A stretch of DNA of 64,000 bases from Guillardia theta CCMP2712 (lineage: Eukaryota; Protista; Cryptophyta). Both the position numbers and the translations under genes were made by a program. The notes below the pieces were generated by a model. It was not told the DNA's origin and made no database searches. It was given only the letters and a program-made list of their open reading frames with translations. Shown here piece by piece: positions 60,840 through 64,000 of this stretch; the first letter of the stretch is position 1; each line of letters starts with the position of its first letter. The stretch lies in the NCBI RefSeq assembly GCF_000315625.1, contig NW_005434631.1, positions 379,891 to 443,890 of the forward strand, read 5' to 3'.

Positions 60840-62574
60840 ACCTGCGGCTGTTCATTAATCGGATCCTCTCCTCTGTCGTACTTGGCGCGTTTCTCGGGGT
60901 CAGTGAGGACCTAACACGAGTGAGGTGGGCTCATCAACAGACTTGATCCAACACCTCGTGAGCCTCGGCAATCTCGTGAAACTTTCGGTTCGCAAGGTCG
61001 GATTCTTCTTTTGTCTTGCACTGGCCACCACCGCAGACCTTGCAGGCGATATCATGAAGGAAGGGAGAGAAGTTCCAGGACTCCTCACCTTGTCTGGATG
61101 CATCGTCAGCGCTTTCTTCTTGTAGGCTTTCTTGATTGCTCGATCGTCGGCATCCTTAGGAACATCCAGAACCTTGATGAAGCACATCATTCGCCCTGGA
61201 ATCATCACCCCGGACAATCGAGGGAACCTTATAGTAATCCTTCATCTTGCTTTTCTTGAGCAGCTGCTTTGCTCGTTCAAGCTTCTCTTTTGCTTCGTGA
61301 CTGTCTTTCTGAAGGTTCAAAGCTCTCTCGCAGTCTCGCACAGCCTAGCGCAACTGGTCAAAAGAAATCGGCATGACGCTGCGAGCGAACCTCCTCCCAA
61401 TCCTCGAGCCCCTGCAGAGCCTCCGCACGAGACAAGAGGGTTTGCATCCTCTGTTGCCTGAAGTAGGGTGAGAAACGCGATATTGCTAGCAGTTAAGGCA
61501 AACCTATCATGAATCTGCTCAGGGATATTCATGACTTCAGAGCAAGCTTCAATCGCCTCTCTGTACTTCTTCAGCTTGATGAGAACCTTGCAAACAAGTC
61601 AGCAAGACCTGGCTTTACAGCACTGCACCAAGCACCTGGCATCTTCCGAGGTTCATCTTGCCAGTGAACAACACATGATTCGGATCGATCTTCGCTCCCT
61701 TTTCATAGCTCTCCAGTGCTTCATTGTACTGCTTAGAGTCCATTTCTTTCTGCGCTGCTTTTGCAACATTTTCCATTTGCTTAATCTTTCGGTATGCTTG
61801 CTTGCACACTTTATGCTCCGGGTCAAGGCGCAGTCCTTCTCTAAAATGTCTTTGAGCCATGTCAAGCTCGTCCATCTCATAGTAAGCTTGGCCTCGCATG
61901 GCCAATGCTGCCATATGTTTGCTGTCTACCTTGAGTGCTTTACCAGTGTCTGCAAGAGCGTTTTCTCTGTCTCCCAACTTCAAATGGCATTCGGCTCTCA
62001 TCAGCAGGAGCTGGACACAATCGGAAGCAACATCTATGGCTTTGTTCAGATGATCACGCGCCGCTTGATAGTTCTTTTGCTCCAACAGCGTCTTTGCTGC
62101 ATCATACGCTTGTTCAGCGAGGTGAAGGTTGCTTAAGGTTTCCCTGAGGCTCGCCGAGTCCTTGCTCTTGAGAAGCGCTTGCACATCCTCGCGGGCCTCC
62201 TGGAACCTTCCTTGAGAGGTATGGATCTTTGCTCGCTTGTCCAGAGCCTGGAAGTAATCTGGTTTAATCTCGAGAACCTTGGCAAGATCCCGCAGCGCAG
62301 CCTCAAACTTCTTCTCGATGATATGCGCCGTCGCCCTCTTGTACCAGTTCATATGGTCCGTGGGGTTCATCTTCACGGCGCTGTCGAAATGCTTCAGGGC
62401 CGCGGCTAGTTTCCCTTCCATCAATGCCTTGTCTCCCAGAGACCTCTCATGGGCAGCTGCCCCCGCAGAAAGCGAATCTGTCTTCTCAGATGACGCGTTC
62501 GTGTTGATGATGCACAGGATGAGAGCAAACAATAAAGCTTGTGTGCGATGCTGATTGAGAGCACGTGGAAGCAT
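60840..62574 (-). CDS. DNAJC3: DnaJC3/P58IPK-like ER co-chaperone (signal peptide, TPRs, J domain)
   Basis: Signal peptide, TPR helices (LRLDPEHK), KDYYK/VL, IKKAYKK..HPDK, KFHEIAEAHE/VLTDPEKRAKYDRGEDP. The 3' end is uncertain. Confidence 0.9.
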
Positions 62575-63502
62575 CGTGTGAGGCTGTTGGATAGATAGCT
62601 ACAGTCACGGATGATACCTCTTGATGGTGCAGAATGCTTGACTGGCGGTCTTACAATTGAACAACCTGGCAACGATACAATCCAGAATCCCGTTTCACGC
62701 ACCGAAAGCCATAGAAACGTCCACAATGTCACAGGGGAGGAGGAGGAGGAGGAGGAGGAGGGTCACTGTGACCCTGGCGGCGCTCAGGCTGCAGCAGGAG
62801 CTTCCCGTGCGAGGGGTCGGCGAGCTGGGGAAGGGGGGCGACTGGGGGCGGAGAAGGCCCAAGGAAGGTGAAGGGATGAAGTACCGGTGGTCTGCAATGT
62901 GTTAGAATGATGCAGGGTGGGGTCTGTGTCATAGGGCTGTTGTATAGGATATCTGCAGGTCCTAGGACCTACTATGGCCTCCCACGTCACGTAGCCGTTA
63001 TCCCCGTTATTACACCATGGAAGGACGGTTACAAGAAGCAGGCTGGCTTCGGCGCGGCGGTTAACTACACCGTGACTCCGGCGGGCCGGCCCGACAACTG
63101 ATCGGATGGGCCAGTGCGCGGCCCGGCCGGGCCGCGCCGGCACTCCCGCCGCCCCGCCCCCCGCCACCGTCGGGTGCATCCGACGGTCCGCTCGGACGGT
63201 CCCGGCGATCCGACATGGCCGGGCACTGCACGGTGACCGCCGCGGCCTTGTCACTGATGACCGTGACTTCAATAACCGGGCCGGGGCGGCGGCCCGCCGC
63301 ATCGGATCATCTGAAACTTCGGAAGTCGGCCGTGGTTCGACTGAGAGGCCTCGGAGGATGGTGACGATCACAGTGGCAGCTGATCGGATTCACGGCGGGC
63401 CGCATCATCCGAGCCTGTTTCGTGATTGGCCTACACAAGTTTATTGACTCTGACATCGATGTCAAACGTTGAGATGTCAAACGTTCCGTTAGGTAGATGG
63501 AC

Positions 63503-63806
63503 TTAAGCTTGCCAGAGCATGACACGGTTGTGAATGGCATTGCCGGGCTGCGAGGAGGGTCAGCAGGGGCTGAGCTGGGAGAGCGAGGAGGCACCTGATC
63601 GAAGGTCTGCTGATGGGGGTCGTAGAGATCGCCAGTGACAGCTGACCCGTCCTGCCCCTCGTCACGCACGAAGAGTCTCCTCTCGCTCCTCCTCAAACCT
63701 GCCAGCTCTGCGGTGCCATGTTGTCGTAAGTCCCTGGTCCGGTGGCGCCAGGCTGAGTGTAGAAGTAGGCAGGAGGGAAGCTATCATCGGACGCCTGATT
63801 CAACAT
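63503..63806 (-). CDS. 3' exons of a small hypothetical gene not captured by the ORF track
   Basis: Two ~47-nt GT-AG introns join MLNQASDDSFPPAYFYTQPGATGPGTYDNMAPQSWQ / DGSAVTGDLYDPHQQTFDQ / PGNAIHNRVMLWQA* in frame. Confidence 0.5.
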
Positions 63807-64000
63807 CTACAGCAGGAGGTCAGAGACAGTCGAGGCCTGTAGGCTGAGCGGGAGGCTGAAGATATGTGAAGCCATCGGACACGGCAGGAGACTAAAACAT
63901 GAACAGAGGAGAGGTACATAATGTGAAGGCGAAGTTTGTTCTACACGAAAATAAGTTGGAGAATGTGCGAAGCTAGTGGTATATCAAATGAAGGCCCAAG

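Overview
Gene-dense eukaryotic nuclear DNA with many short (~45-55 nt) GT-AG introns, abundant microsatellites and three 100-N assembly gaps. Signal peptide + RLRGG presequences and the intron style suggest a cryptophyte alga such as Guillardia or Hanusia; this is inference only. About 20 protein genes can be supported: ALDH22-like (duplicated), M23 peptidase, dual-specificity phosphatase, PDZ protein, two START proteins, reticulon, prolyl 4-hydroxylase, MBF1, PDI-C/Erv46, Sec12-like WD40, UPF1-like SF1 helicase, TKL kinase, small Tim, GST, LYRM4, DnaJC3 and several orphans. There are also three tRNA genes (Ala-TGC, two His-GTG) and three long minisatellites (40, 30 and 20 bp units). The most striking structure is an ~11 kb cluster (28.4-39.4 kb) built from one non-LTR retrotransposon family (RT, CCHC knuckle, restriction-like endonuclease). 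About 20 copies of its own 3' terminus (...GAGGCACTTTTTACCTTCTGCCAGTAAATC) occur there in both orientations; many are inserted into the element's own body. Several have clear target-site duplications, one is only 13 nt long, and one group carries the diagnostic variants of the very copy it sits in. This points to a self-targeting, possibly cis-acting and possibly centromere-like retroelement nest. Boundaries of multi-exon genes are approximate.
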